Of a stretch of DNA of 64,000 nt, positions 9,997 to 20,110 are shown piece by piece (positions within the stretch are counted from its first letter, which is position 1; each line of letters starts with the position of its first letter). Both the position numbers and the translations under genes were made by a program. Source of the DNA: an uncultured delta proteobacterium (GTDB taxonomy: Bacteria > Desulfobacterota > Desulfobacteria > Desulfobacterales > JAFDCJ01); contig CAVYNY010000007.1 in NCBI GenBank assembly GCA_963769935.1, forward strand, positions 160,001-224,000, in the 5' to 3' direction. The notes under the pieces are model-generated. The model was not told where the DNA came from. It made no database searches and saw only the letters and a list, made by a program, of their open reading frames with translations.

Positions 9997-11562
9997 ATGG
10001 CTAAGCCCATCTCATTTGGAGAGCTTGATTTCGAGATCGTCGCATCCATGGAAAAAGCCCGGGAAGTTTTAGAACCTGATACGCCGTTTCGCGTTCTTAT
10101 TCTGGGCGATTTCAGCGGCCGTGAGAACCGCCGAGTCTTCGAAAGCGGCGCCGCATTATCTGGTCGTCGTGCCGTTGAGGTGGATCGGGACAATCTGAAT
10201 GAAGTCATGGCGCGCCTGAAGCCCGAAATCCGACTGCCGCTTGCAGGCTCTGAAACGGAGGCTTTGACGATCCGTTTCACCGAGTTGGATGATTTGCATC
10301 CCGACCGGCTTTACGAGCAGCACGAAATTTTCGAATCCATTAGATCGATTCGCCGCAAGTTCGATAATCCGCGAACCTTCGAGGAAGCCGCTACCGAAGT
10401 CAGGAGCTGGATCGGTTCTGAATCATCTGCAGTCCAGGAACCACCGAAAGAACTGCCGACGTCGGCGTCCGATACCGGCCAAAAAGCGTCTGCCGGGCTG
10501 CTTGACCAGATTATTGACGATGTCGAAGGTCGACCGTCGGAGGCCCAGCCCGCTTCAGCCGCTTCCGATTGGAGTCGCTTTTTAAAAGAAATCGTTCGAC
10601 CCCACCTCGTTGCCGACAAGGATCCCCGCCAGATGGAACTGGAGGATACCATTTATGCAGCTGCCGGCGGGATGATGCGGATAATTTTACACCATTCGAA
10701 TTATCAGGCCCTCGAATCAGCCTGGCGGGGGATGGAATTTCTCGTATCCAGGCTGGAAACCGACGCCCGGCTCAAATTGTATATGCTCGACCTTTCGAAA
10801 TCTGAATTGGCTGCTGATCTAAACGGCGCCAATGATCTGCGAAGCACCGGTATATACAAAATCCTGGTGCAGCAAACGGTCGGGATCGCCGGCGGAGAAC
10901 CCTGGGCGGTGATCGGCGGCAACTATACCTTCAGCCAAACCCGGGAAGACGCCGAACTGCTGGGACGCATGGCGAAGATCGCAGCGGCAGCCGGCGCACC
11001 CTTTATCGCGGCTGCCGATGGAAGCCTTCTGGGCTGCGATTCACTGGCCAAGTACCCGGACTCGGATGATTGGCGGTCAACAATGGATGAATACCAACAG
11101 GCGGCCTGGCAGGCACTGCGCAAATTACCCGAAGCCGCTTATCTGGGTCTGGCCCTGCCGCGGTTTTTATTGCGCCTGCCATATGGGGCGGACACCGATC
11201 CCCTGGAGCAGTTTGAATTCGAGGAAATGTCTGAAATACCGGAGCACGAAGATTACCTGTGGGGAAATCCCTGCTTTGCCTGCATCTGTCTGCTCGGCCA
11301 GTCCTTCAGTAAGGGCGGCTGGAACTTTCAAACCGGTGCCGGAGGCGACATCGACAATCTGCCTTTGCACGTTTACCGGGAAGCGGAGGAATCCTGCATT
11401 AAACCCTGTGCCGAAGCCTTGCTGACCGAGCGCGCCGCCGAAATTATCATGAACTCCGGCTTTATGCCGCTGCTGTCATTTCGTGAGCAGGATCGCATTC
11501 GGCTGGCGCGTTTTCAATCCCTGGCCCTGCCGCCGACGCGTCTGGCCGGAAGGTGGGGTTAG
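9997..11562 (+). CDS. T6SS sheath-related TssB-TssC fusion protein
   Basis: TssB-like N-terminus (PFRVLILGDFSGR, VDRDNLNEVM, RFTELDDLHPD) followed in frame by a TssC-like part (ILHH..YQALESAWRG, LALPRFLLRLPYG, YLWGN). SD GAGG before ATG 9997. Confidence 0.85.
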   Translation: MAKPISFGELDFEIVASMEKAREVLEPDTPFRVLILGDFSGRENRRVFESGAALSGRRAVEVDRDNLNEVMARLKPEIRLPLAGSETEALTIRFTELDDLHPDRLYEQHEIFESIRSIRRKFDNPRTFEEAATEVRSWIGSESSAVQEPPKELPTSASDTGQKASAGLLDQIIDDVEGRPSEAQPASAASDWSRFLKEIVRPHLVADKDPRQMELEDTIYAAAGGMMRIILHHSNYQALESAWRGMEFLVSRLETDARLKLYMLDLSKSELAADLNGANDLRSTGIYKILVQQTVGIAGGEPWAVIGGNYTFSQTREDAELLGRMAKIAAAAGAPFIAAADGSLLGCDSLAKYPDSDDWRSTMDEYQQAAWQALRKLPEAAYLGLALPRFLLRLPYGADTDPLEQFEFEEMSEIPEHEDYLWGNPCFACICLLGQSFSKGGWNFQTGAGGDIDNLPLHVYREAEESCIKPCAEALLTERAAEIIMNSGFMPLLSFREQDRIRLARFQSLALPPTRLAGRWG

Positions 11563-11774
11563 GTTAGGATTGAATATTGAAAATTGAAGATTGAATATTT
11601 AAGGAATTCTGTCGTTTTTAATTGTTTAACAAATATCCGATGCTTATTTTTGAAAACCAAGGGTATAAGCGGTTAGAGCGATTGAAATAATGGAACAATC
11701 CAAATTTATCCTATGAAATATACGCAGTATCAGCGAAGCGAATTTCATTAGGACCATCAAAACGCTAAAAAATT

Positions 11775-12719
11775 ATGTCAAAACCATATTTAGAATGGAT
11801 TGATGAAAATCAGCAGACGCATCGGGTAGAGATAGTTGACAGGATCTGTATGGGGCGAACCTGCAAGGGGATTGACCCGCAGAAGCGGATTCTACTGGGG
11901 TTTCCTCCGGTGTCCAGAGATCATGCCGAGATCAACTACACCGCGGGACATCTTCAGATTACCGATACAAGCATAAACGGTACCTGGATTAATGATGTTC
12001 GGATGGCGGCCGGATCGACCAAAACGCTTTCAGACGGGGATACCATTCGCATTGGTTATTCTCTCTTGCGGGTTGTCTATCCTAAAGTTGCCGCCGATGT
12101 CACCCAAACCCATACCCTTACAGAATTGACAATGGTGTCGGCGGTGGTGGGAGTTGTCACCAGCTTGGTGGCAGATTTACGCGGATTCTCAGCCTTTAGC
12201 CAAACCCATGATTCCGCCGATGTTTACGGCATGATCAATGAAATATTTAAACGGTTCAGCAGGATAATCGAAGACTTCAAGGGCACTGTCAAAGATTACG
12301 CCGGGGATTCCGTCATTGCCTTCTGGGAACATCAATTCGGGGAACCTGCCAAGCAGTCCGAGCTGGCGTGTCGGGCAGCCATTCAACAGATGCAAAGCTT
12401 TGATAAAATCCGGGTTAAACTATCCGGTAAACATGCTGATGTTGAAAACCTTAGGATGGGTTGGGGAATCACCACCGGACCGGTTACCCTCTCTCATTTC
12501 GGTTCACGCACAGCCGATCTGGCAATGGTCGGAGACAGCATCAATCTGGCGAGCCGGTTTTCCGGTATGGCAAACAAAGTCATCCCTGAGAATATTCTCA
12601 TCTGCGCTCAAACAGCCGAACTTATCGGAGATGGTTTGGCGCTCAAGGATCTGGGAATGCATTCAATCCAGGGCCGGCAAGGCAGGGAGCACATTTTTGC
12701 GATAGCCACAGCGTCGTAG
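11775..12719 (+). CDS. FHA domain plus class III nucleotidyl cyclase
   Basis: FHA motifs GR, VSRDHA, SINGTWIN and GDTIRIG. Cyclase motifs ADLRGFS, AGD and GDSINLASR. Confidence 0.9.
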   Translation: MSKPYLEWIDENQQTHRVEIVDRICMGRTCKGIDPQKRILLGFPPVSRDHAEINYTAGHLQITDTSINGTWINDVRMAAGSTKTLSDGDTIRIGYSLLRVVYPKVAADVTQTHTLTELTMVSAVVGVVTSLVADLRGFSAFSQTHDSADVYGMINEIFKRFSRIIEDFKGTVKDYAGDSVIAFWEHQFGEPAKQSELACRAAIQQMQSFDKIRVKLSGKHADVENLRMGWGITTGPVTLSHFGSRTADLAMVGDSINLASRFSGMANKVIPENILICAQTAELIGDGLALKDLGMHSIQGRQGREHIFAIATAS

Positions 12720-12729
12720 TTAACGCTAA

Positions 12730-13135
12730 GTACAGAGTTTCATAAATACGGTAACGTATAATCTACTGAAGCCCTGCCGATGATTTGACCTCGTTGCCGA
12801 TGAATGATTTTAAATTTCACCGCAAAAACGCAGAGAGCGCAAAGGGCACTTTTCTTTTCATTTGCCTTTGAGAGGAAGGCAAATGAACAACAACCAGCCT
12901 GCGGCAGAAGATAGTCAGTTTACTTAATTAGATTAACCGCAGATATAAATTATACATTTTTTACCAAACCATGCAATTCGAAGAGCAGATTTGTGATTTG
13001 CCCAGGGGGGCTTGAATCTTATTATTTGCCGTCCTCTCAACGGCAAATATAAATATTTTCTCTCTGCGTCCTTCGCGCCTCTACGGTGAAAAAATATTAC
13101 TGCGAATACGTCATCGTAATTATAAATGGGTGTAC
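12730..13135. mobile_element. MITE-like non-autonomous element with terminal inverted repeats and a TAA duplication
   Basis: Left end TAA|GTACAGAGTTTCATAAATACG and right end CGTAATTATAAATGGGTGTAC|TAA. Nested internal inverted repeats (caccgc..gcagagagcgc / ctctctgcg..cggtg). Related copies at 23317, 24386 and 63275. Confidence 0.7.
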
Positions 13136-13281
13136 TAAGTTATTAATTCAGTTGACATTAAACGTTCGCATTGGTATGTAACTGCTTGAATTCCCAGTCT
13201 ATACCTGAACATCGGATCGAAAGTGAACATCTTGGTTGTCCGACCGTAAAATAATCAATTCTATAAAAAAGGTTGAGATCA

Positions 13282-15526
13282 ATGCCTTACACTCAGGAGA
13301 ACCGATTTATTGCAATTGAGACCCCGCTGGGCAAAGATGAACTCCTTTTGGCAGGCTTCAGAGGTAACGAAGGTATTTCATCCCTTTTTCATTTTGATCT
13401 GAATCTTCTTTCGGAAAACCACAATGTGGTTTTCGAAAATATCATCGGCCAAAATGTTACCATCTCCATGGTATTGAATGACGGTTCCCAGCGGTTCTTC
13501 AACGGCATCATTTCGAGCTTCTGCCAGGAAAGGGGCGGCGGCCTTGTCAGGATCGAATGAGGATCTCGCTTATTATACGGCCGAAATGGTGCCCTGGTTC
13601 TGGCTGCTGACCCGCAGTGCCAACTCCCGTATCTTCCAGCAGCTTTCGGTGCCGGATATCGCCGAAAAAATTTTTCAGGAAAAAGGTATTCTCGATTATA
13701 AGCTGTCGCTGCATGCCACCTATGAGAAACGGGATTACTGTGTTCAATATCGTGAAACCGATTTCAACTTTATCTCACGCCTTCTGGAAGACGAAGGTAT
13801 TTGCTATTTTTTTAACCACGAAAAAGGCAAGCATACTCTGGTGCTGGCGGATACCGTCGAAGATTTCAAACCCTGCCCGAAGCAGGAGGAAGCCAAATAC
13901 CAACTGACGACCGGAGGCTGGCTCGATGAAGATGTGATTACGGGATTTGAAAAGCGTCAGAAGATCACGGCCAGCAAATACACCCACACCGATTATAACT
14001 TCAAAACCCCGGCCACGGATCTGAAAGTGGAAGTGGCCAGCCAGCAGGCCATCGCCCCCAAGGAACTGGAGATTTATGATTATCCGGGAGAATACGACAA
14101 ACGTGCGCTCGGAGAAAAGCGCAGCAATGTGCGCATCCAGGAGGAGGAGATCAAAATCACCACGATTACCGGGTCAAGCAACTGCCGGGCTTTTAGCAGC
14201 GGGTATCGGTTCAAGCTTGACGGCTACTTTCGGGAGGATATGAACAAGAAGCCGTTTGTGCTTGCCTACCTCGACCACACGGCCAATGAAGAGGAGACTT
14301 ACCTGTCGGGTTCCGGCAGCGGTGAATTTGCTTATGTGAATAACTTTACCTGCACGCCCTTTGATGTGCCTTATCGATCCCCCAGAATAACACCCAAGCC
14401 GGTCATGCAGGGTACCCAGACAGCGATCGTCACCGGACCTTCCGGCGAAGAAATCTATACCGATGAGCACGGACGGGTCAAAGTTCAGTTTCACTGGGAC
14501 CGCGAAGGCAAAAAGGACGAGAAAAGCTCCTGCTGGGTGCGGGTCAGCCAGGCCTCGGCCGGCGCCGGCTGGGGGGCTGAATATATTCCCCGCATCGGCC
14601 AGGAAGTGATTGTCGATTTTCTCGAAGGCGATCCGGATAAACCCATCATCATCGGCCGGGTTTATCATGGCAACAACAGGCCTCCCACGGGGCTGCCGGC
14701 AGCCGGAATGGTCAGCGGTATGAAGTCAAACAGCACACCTGGCGGCGGCGGCTATAATCAAATGACGATGGACGACACCAAAGGGCAGGAAAAGATTACA
14801 ATTCACGGTCAATACAATATGGACACCACGGTTGAAAATGATCAAACTCTGACGGTCAACAACAACCGGACGAGTACAATAGCCGTGGACGATTCCGAGA
14901 CCGTGGGCAGCAATCAGACTATCAATGTCGGTTCAAATCAGAACGTCAGCATTGGGGCCGACCAGAGTACCTCTGTGGGCGCCAATCAAACGACCAATGT
15001 CGGCGCCAACCAGAGTGTGGCTGTAGGTTCTGCCCAATCGGTTACCGTCGGAGCGAGCAAGACCGAAACGATTTCGGTTGCCAAAGCATTAAGTATCGGC
15101 GCGGCATATCAGGTGAGCGTAGGCGGCGCAATGAATGAAACGGTCGGCGCTGCAAAAGCGGAGGAGATTGGCGGAGCCAAGATCGTCGGAGTGGGCGGAT
15201 TAAGCAGCGAAAACGTTGCCGCCAAAAAATCCGTAAATGCAGGCGGCAGTATTTCGGAGAAGGCCGGCAGCAATATCTCGAGTACCGCTGGAGGAAAAAT
15301 CGACTTAAGTGCCGGTGGTAATTTTACTGCGTCAAGCAAAGCGAACGCTTTGATCGAAGCTTCGAGCGAAATAACTCTAAAGTGCGGCGGCGCTTCCATC
15401 GTTCTGAAAAGCGGCGGTGATATCACAATCAAAGGCAGCAATATTACTCTTGATGGATCCGGTAAAATAAACGCCAAGGCCGGTGGCACAATGACTTTAA
15501 AAGGAAGCAGTATTAAAGAAAATTAA
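13282..15526 (+). pseudogene. vgrG: VgrG (TssI) split by a +1 frameshift near 13540 (pseudogene or sequence error)
   Basis: N-terminus MPYTQENR..GNEGISSLFHF..RFFNGII stops at 13560. The +1 frame continues with YYTAEMVPWFWLL, YCVQYRETDFNFISRLLE, IYTDEHGRVKVQFHWDR, IPRIGQEVIVDF and gp5-like 8-aa VG.NQ repeats. Confidence 0.9.
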
Positions 15527-15551
15527 GTCAAAATGAAACAGGATACCGATA

Positions 15552-16127
15552 ATGCCAAAAAGCGAAACCAAATCCGAATTCAGCCTTGTTTCTGAAGAAC
15601 AGCCGCAAGGGCTGGTCGATCTGCTGACCGTTGTTTTGTCAAATCCCATGGGGTCGAATAGTCCCGCAACACTTGAGACTCGCTCGCAACCAACGCCGAC
15701 AGAAAAGATAGACGGCATTGTTATCGGTAAGGTCGTCGAAGTCGAAGGCTTGCAGGTTGATTATCCCGGGAATCCCGCCGGAGAACCGTTGAGCGCGCTC
15801 TCTACCCGCAATGTCGGCAGGGAAGATATCGGCAGGGATGTTGCGCTGGCTTTCGAATCCGGCGATCCATGCCGTCCCATTCTAATAGGCTTTATACATC
15901 AGCCGCAGGATATTGAGCGCGAAACCCCGAGAGAATTCGATGTTAAAAACGTTCATTTGGACGGTGAACGATTAGAGTTGACCGCAAAAAAGGAAATTGT
16001 TTTGCGCTGTGGAGAAGCGAGTATCACGCTGACGAGAGCCGGAAAGATTATTATTCGAGGTGCGTATCTGGTTAGCCGTTCGACGGGTGTTAATCGCATT
16101 AAGGGCGGATCAGTCCATATCAACTGA
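15552..16127 (+). CDS. DUF6484-like T6SS-associated protein
   Basis: VALAFESGDPCRPILIG and IVLRCGEASITLTRAGKIIIRGAY..SRSTGVNRIKGGSVHIN. Lies directly after vgrG. Confidence 0.75.
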   Translation: MPKSETKSEFSLVSEEQPQGLVDLLTVVLSNPMGSNSPATLETRSQPTPTEKIDGIVIGKVVEVEGLQVDYPGNPAGEPLSALSTRNVGREDIGRDVALAFESGDPCRPILIGFIHQPQDIERETPREFDVKNVHLDGERLELTAKKEIVLRCGEASITLTRAGKIIIRGAYLVSRSTGVNRIKGGSVHIN

Positions 16128-16140
16128 TGAAGATGCAGCT

Positions 16141-17163
16141 ATGTGGGCCATAAAAAATAGAACACCATATGCAGCGGAGAGCAACTGGGTCCTCGACAAA
16201 AATGCTGAAAAAAGTTGGGTTGTTGTTGTAAAGGGCATTTTCGATATCAAACCCGATGGGACTGCCAACCTGTCGGAAGAGCAGGACGCGCTGCCTCTTT
16301 ACTCGCCTGAATATTCCGGGGAACCAGGAAAATCCAGTCTTGTCTACGAAGCGGATCTTCTTGGCTCCAAGCAATGTACAGATGTCATATTAATCGGTTC
16401 TGCCTATGCAGAGAAAGGAAGACCCGCAACTAAAGTAGACGTTAGTTTGAGGGTCAACAATTTGATCAAGCGGTTAAAAGTGTTCGGTGACCGTTACTGG
16501 AAAAGGGGAATTTTGGGCGGTCTATCAATGACCAGCCCTAAGCCGTTCAAATCAATGCCGATTAAGTATGAGTGCGCTTATGGAGGATGGGACACGCGTT
16601 CAAAGAACCCGGGCGAGCATCGTCTTGAGCCGCGCAACCCCATTGGCACCGGTTTTGCCGTGCGCAGCAAACATCTGGTTGGTCAACCGTTGCCGAACAT
16701 TGAATATCCAAAACAACTGATATCTTCCTGGAAGAATCGTCCCAACCCTGCAGGTTTTGGACCGATTGCCAGCTATTGGACGCCACGGAAGGAATATGCC
16801 GGCACTTATGATGAACAATGGCAAAAGGAAAGATTTCCACTGTGGGCGAAGGACTTCGATGTGAGATTTAATCAGTGCGCTCCATTAGATCAGCAAATGA
16901 CCGGATTTCTGCATGGCGGGCAGCGAGTTGAATTGATAAATCTTAGTCCCAACGGACGTATTAGTTTTGAGTTGCCCAAGGTCTACCCATTTTTTGTCAC
17001 CCGATTTGGTAAAGAACGTGTTGAACATCGCGCTGACCTTCATACGGTCATTCTGGAACCGGAAATCCCCAGGGTTATTATGGTTTGGTACACCAGCCTG
17101 CAGTGCCACCACCGAGTCGATGAATTAGACATGACTGTTATATCTGAAAAGCAGTATATTTAG
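16141..17163 (+). CDS. DUF2169 T6SS effector adaptor
   Basis: NRTPYAA, VVVVKG.F, K..TDV.L.GSAY, VFGDRYW, PAGFGPI...W.PR..YAGTYD..W and FNQCAP.DQ. Confidence 0.9.
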   Translation: MWAIKNRTPYAAESNWVLDKNAEKSWVVVVKGIFDIKPDGTANLSEEQDALPLYSPEYSGEPGKSSLVYEADLLGSKQCTDVILIGSAYAEKGRPATKVDVSLRVNNLIKRLKVFGDRYWKRGILGGLSMTSPKPFKSMPIKYECAYGGWDTRSKNPGEHRLEPRNPIGTGFAVRSKHLVGQPLPNIEYPKQLISSWKNRPNPAGFGPIASYWTPRKEYAGTYDEQWQKERFPLWAKDFDVRFNQCAPLDQQMTGFLHGGQRVELINLSPNGRISFELPKVYPFFVTRFGKERVEHRADLHTVILEPEIPRVIMVWYTSLQCHHRVDELDMTVISEKQYI

Positions 17164-17207
17164 CTTCATCAAAGTGAGAGACGCTGCAAATATATGGGCA
17201 TCGCTTT

Positions 17208-18284
17208 ATGTTGACACCGGCCAATATTAGTCAGGTTGGGATAGTTGGTATCGGCGCTCGCACGCCGGTCGGATTAACAGCTGCGGCTTCTTCTGCTGCC
17301 GTTCGTGCTGCAATTTCAGCGATCGGGGAGCATCCCTATTTTATCGACAAGGCAGGGGAAAAGATGTGCGTTGCGAGAGACGCTAATTTGCCGCCGCAGC
17401 TTGGAGGGGTGGAAAGGTTTTATGAGCTTGCTAAACCCGCCATGGAGGAGGCGCTCCTGCCTTTGATTCAATTCAATAGACAGGTACCTATACCTCTTTT
17501 TCTCGGTTTGCCTGAATCACGTCCGGGCGCGCCTAAGGACCTTGCTCAAGAAATAGCACATCGTCTGGATTCATTCTCATTCGCAAATAATTTACGTTTG
17601 ACGACCACCACGCTTCCTTATGGGCATTCTGCAGGTTTAATGGCCATGGAAGAAGCGTCACGCAGGATTCGGCAAAGGCAACAGGACTGCTGTCTCGTTG
17701 GCGGTGTTGATTCCTACCTGGAAGCCGAAACCCTTGAGTGGCTGGATGATGAAGGGCAGCTGATGTCCGGGGAAAACCGATCGGGCTTTCCACCTGGTGA
17801 AGGTTCGGGATTTTGCCTGCTTGCCTCCAAAGAAGCGGCCCATAGAATCGGTCTTTCGGTTTTAGCCGATATCGTTGAAGTCGCTACAACCATTGAAAAA
17901 AACCGCATTAAAACGGAAACCATTTGCATCGGCGAAGGACTGACTTCTGCCTTTTCAACCGTGGTTAAAGGACTCAAGTTGCCGGAGGAAAAAATCAGCG
18001 AAATTCACTGTGATATGAATGGTGAGCGTTATAGAGTCGAAGAGTTTGTGTATACCGCTTTGCGAATGCAAGCTGCATTTGTCGATGTCAATGATGCCCA
18101 ACATCCTGCTGACTGTTGGGGCGACGTCGGGGCTGCCTCGGGACCGCTATTCGCATGCCTTGCTGTGGCTTCGAGCCAACGTGGATATGCCAATGGGCCG
18201 CTGGCCTTATTATGGACGAGTTCGGAAGGCGGCCAACGCAGCGCTGCATTGCTTCATCTTCCGCTGGAAATAAGTGGGGCCTAA
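17208..18284 (+). CDS. Beta-ketoacyl-synthase-like T6SS accessory protein (probably non-catalytic)
   Basis: Thiolase-fold motifs GIGARTPVG, LVGGVDS, PGEGSG and GDVGAASG. GHSA sits where the catalytic Cys normally is. Confidence 0.85.
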   Translation: MLTPANISQVGIVGIGARTPVGLTAAASSAAVRAAISAIGEHPYFIDKAGEKMCVARDANLPPQLGGVERFYELAKPAMEEALLPLIQFNRQVPIPLFLGLPESRPGAPKDLAQEIAHRLDSFSFANNLRLTTTTLPYGHSAGLMAMEEASRRIRQRQQDCCLVGGVDSYLEAETLEWLDDEGQLMSGENRSGFPPGEGSGFCLLASKEAAHRIGLSVLADIVEVATTIEKNRIKTETICIGEGLTSAFSTVVKGLKLPEEKISEIHCDMNGERYRVEEFVYTALRMQAAFVDVNDAQHPADCWGDVGAASGPLFACLAVASSQRGYANGPLALLWTSSEGGQRSAALLHLPLEISGA

Positions 18285-19163
18285 ATGCCGTCAATTTCAG
18301 TAAATCCACCGAAGACCCCTGTCACCGAAGGCAGTGGCGACGTCGCTCCCGCGACCTTGCCGAATGTATGTAAGATGCCCGGGCCGCCTGCTCCCTTCGT
18401 GCCGACACCGTTGCCGAATATCGGCCAGTCGAGCGACAATCTTGCTGACTGCACAACAAAGGTATTATTTGAGGGCAAGAAAGTCGCTATAAAAGGCTCG
18501 TACTACTTGAGCAAACTATCTGGCGACATGGCCAGCAAAAGCTCCGGCGGTGGAATCGTTTCTGCATCAGAAGAAGGAAAGACAGCCTTTGGCGCTCCGG
18601 GCTCCATGAATGTCAAAGCAGAAGGAAAGAATATTCAGCTGTTGTCGGATGCAATGATGAACAACGGCAGCAATCCTTACAATTCCGGAACAGTTCCCGG
18701 AAATCAGCAAAGCCCGGCACTTTCCGGGGTTGAGAAGATGATCGCCGATGATTTATGTGATGAATTCTGTGAATATTTAAAGGATTGTAAGAAGAATGGA
18801 ACCAAACCATCCTCGCGCGGATTGGAGCAGCGGCTAGCCAATGACCCTAAATGGCAGGGCCTGGGAATAAGTTTCCCACCCAACAGCAGCATCCCGTCGG
18901 TTATCATCGAAGGGACTCCTAACGCCGCGGCCGTTATGGCAAGAAAGGTAATCGACAGTCTGGCTTTGGAGGGCGGTGCATTAAGAGTGATTCAAATAGT
19001 ACCGGACGTTGTCTTTAAACAAAATGGTATAGTTCAGCGTATTTTTGACTTTAAATTCAAGTGCAATAAGGATCGTTGGCGATCTGACGGCGAGTGGGAG
19101 GCTTACACTGAAGCGTCGGGCAAGGAGCCTGTTACCATTACAGAAAGTACTTGTGGCTGCTAA
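18285..19163 (+). CDS. DUF4150 (PAAR-like) protein with a C-terminal PD-(D/E)xK nuclease-type toxin (TseV/VRR-Nuc-like)
   Basis: N-terminus PNVCKMPGPPAPFVPTPLPN..GSMNVKAEGKN. C-terminus VPDVVF...IFDFKF..DRW..EAY...CGC. Followed by DUF3396. Confidence 0.75.
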   Translation: MPSISVNPPKTPVTEGSGDVAPATLPNVCKMPGPPAPFVPTPLPNIGQSSDNLADCTTKVLFEGKKVAIKGSYYLSKLSGDMASKSSGGGIVSASEEGKTAFGAPGSMNVKAEGKNIQLLSDAMMNNGSNPYNSGTVPGNQQSPALSGVEKMIADDLCDEFCEYLKDCKKNGTKPSSRGLEQRLANDPKWQGLGISFPPNSSIPSVIIEGTPNAAAVMARKVIDSLALEGGALRVIQIVPDVVFKQNGIVQRIFDFKFKCNKDRWRSDGEWEAYTEASGKEPVTITESTCGC

Positions 19164-19176
19164 AGGCAGGACGAAC

Positions 19177-20091
19177 ATGACGACACCTGAAAATTTTGAC
19201 GCATTTACGTTCAGGCATGAGGGCTCTATTTATCTAATATTGTGCCTTGACATTACCCTATATTGGACAGGCTCAGTATTCGACCATAAAAAAGAAATAC
19301 TGAATTTCTACAACCGAAGTATGGAAATCGTTGGAAAGGACCTGAAACTCTACCGTACCGAGACGATGCGTCGATATCGTGAAGTCACTGCGGGCACATT
19401 GGAACTGCTTCCTTTCTGGCTGACGGAACCCAGCGCACGTCGCGATTTGTATTTTCTGACCATGAATGGTTCCTTAAATGCAGAAGACGCATCGGATAAG
19501 GCATTTTTTCTTCGCGTAAATGAGGTCAAAAAAAGAGGCGCCTTAAGATTGGTTCTGCCGACAAGCTGGATTAATTCCGCGTCTGACAAGTTAAGCGAAC
19601 TCATAAAAGAGCTGGCGTTTGAGTTCAAATTCGCCTCAGGACATGCGGGCTATTCCTTTAATTTGAGTGACGACATCTCTTTAAGATCCTATGCTCAGAG
19701 TGAACTATATCGTCTGGGTATGAGATATCCCGGCATCGACATACCATCTCTGACCACATCCCTTTTCGTTGTCGATGACGGCATTAAGAGCATCAACTGG
19801 TTGACGCTGGTAGGTAATCAGCATTTGGAACGACTTGGCTCAATTGAATCCCTCAGCCAGATGCTGGGTGATCAAATCTTAATCGAAAATCTTCAGCACG
19901 GGGTCATGTTTCAAGCAGGGCCCGATCCGGAAATCGGGGATGTTAATCGCCACAAGATTTTGCCCTTGTATCACAAGATTGGCAGCGCTCTTTCGATGAT
20001 CCGGGCTTCCGAGCATCCACCATTTATCGTCCGTGAAAAACTCGCAGACGATGATGCTACGCAGGCCTGGTTGAGTCGGTTTGACCATTAA
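19177..20091 (+). CDS. DUF3396 (TsiV-like) T6SS immunity protein
   Basis: SGHAGY, RYPGIDI, IKSINWLTLVG, QAGPDPEIGD and WLSRFD. Lies directly after the toxin. Confidence 0.85.
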   Translation: MTTPENFDAFTFRHEGSIYLILCLDITLYWTGSVFDHKKEILNFYNRSMEIVGKDLKLYRTETMRRYREVTAGTLELLPFWLTEPSARRDLYFLTMNGSLNAEDASDKAFFLRVNEVKKRGALRLVLPTSWINSASDKLSELIKELAFEFKFASGHAGYSFNLSDDISLRSYAQSELYRLGMRYPGIDIPSLTTSLFVVDDGIKSINWLTLVGNQHLERLGSIESLSQMLGDQILIENLQHGVMFQAGPDPEIGDVNRHKILPLYHKIGSALSMIRASEHPPFIVREKLADDDATQAWLSRFDH

Positions 20092-20110
20092 TAAATAAAA
20101 AGGAAACAAT

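Noticed and set aside
17208..18284. Polyketide or fatty-acid biosynthesis gene
   Set aside because: The catalytic Cys is absent and no ACP or AT genes are nearby. It is a standard member of DUF2169/DUF4150 T6SS cassettes.
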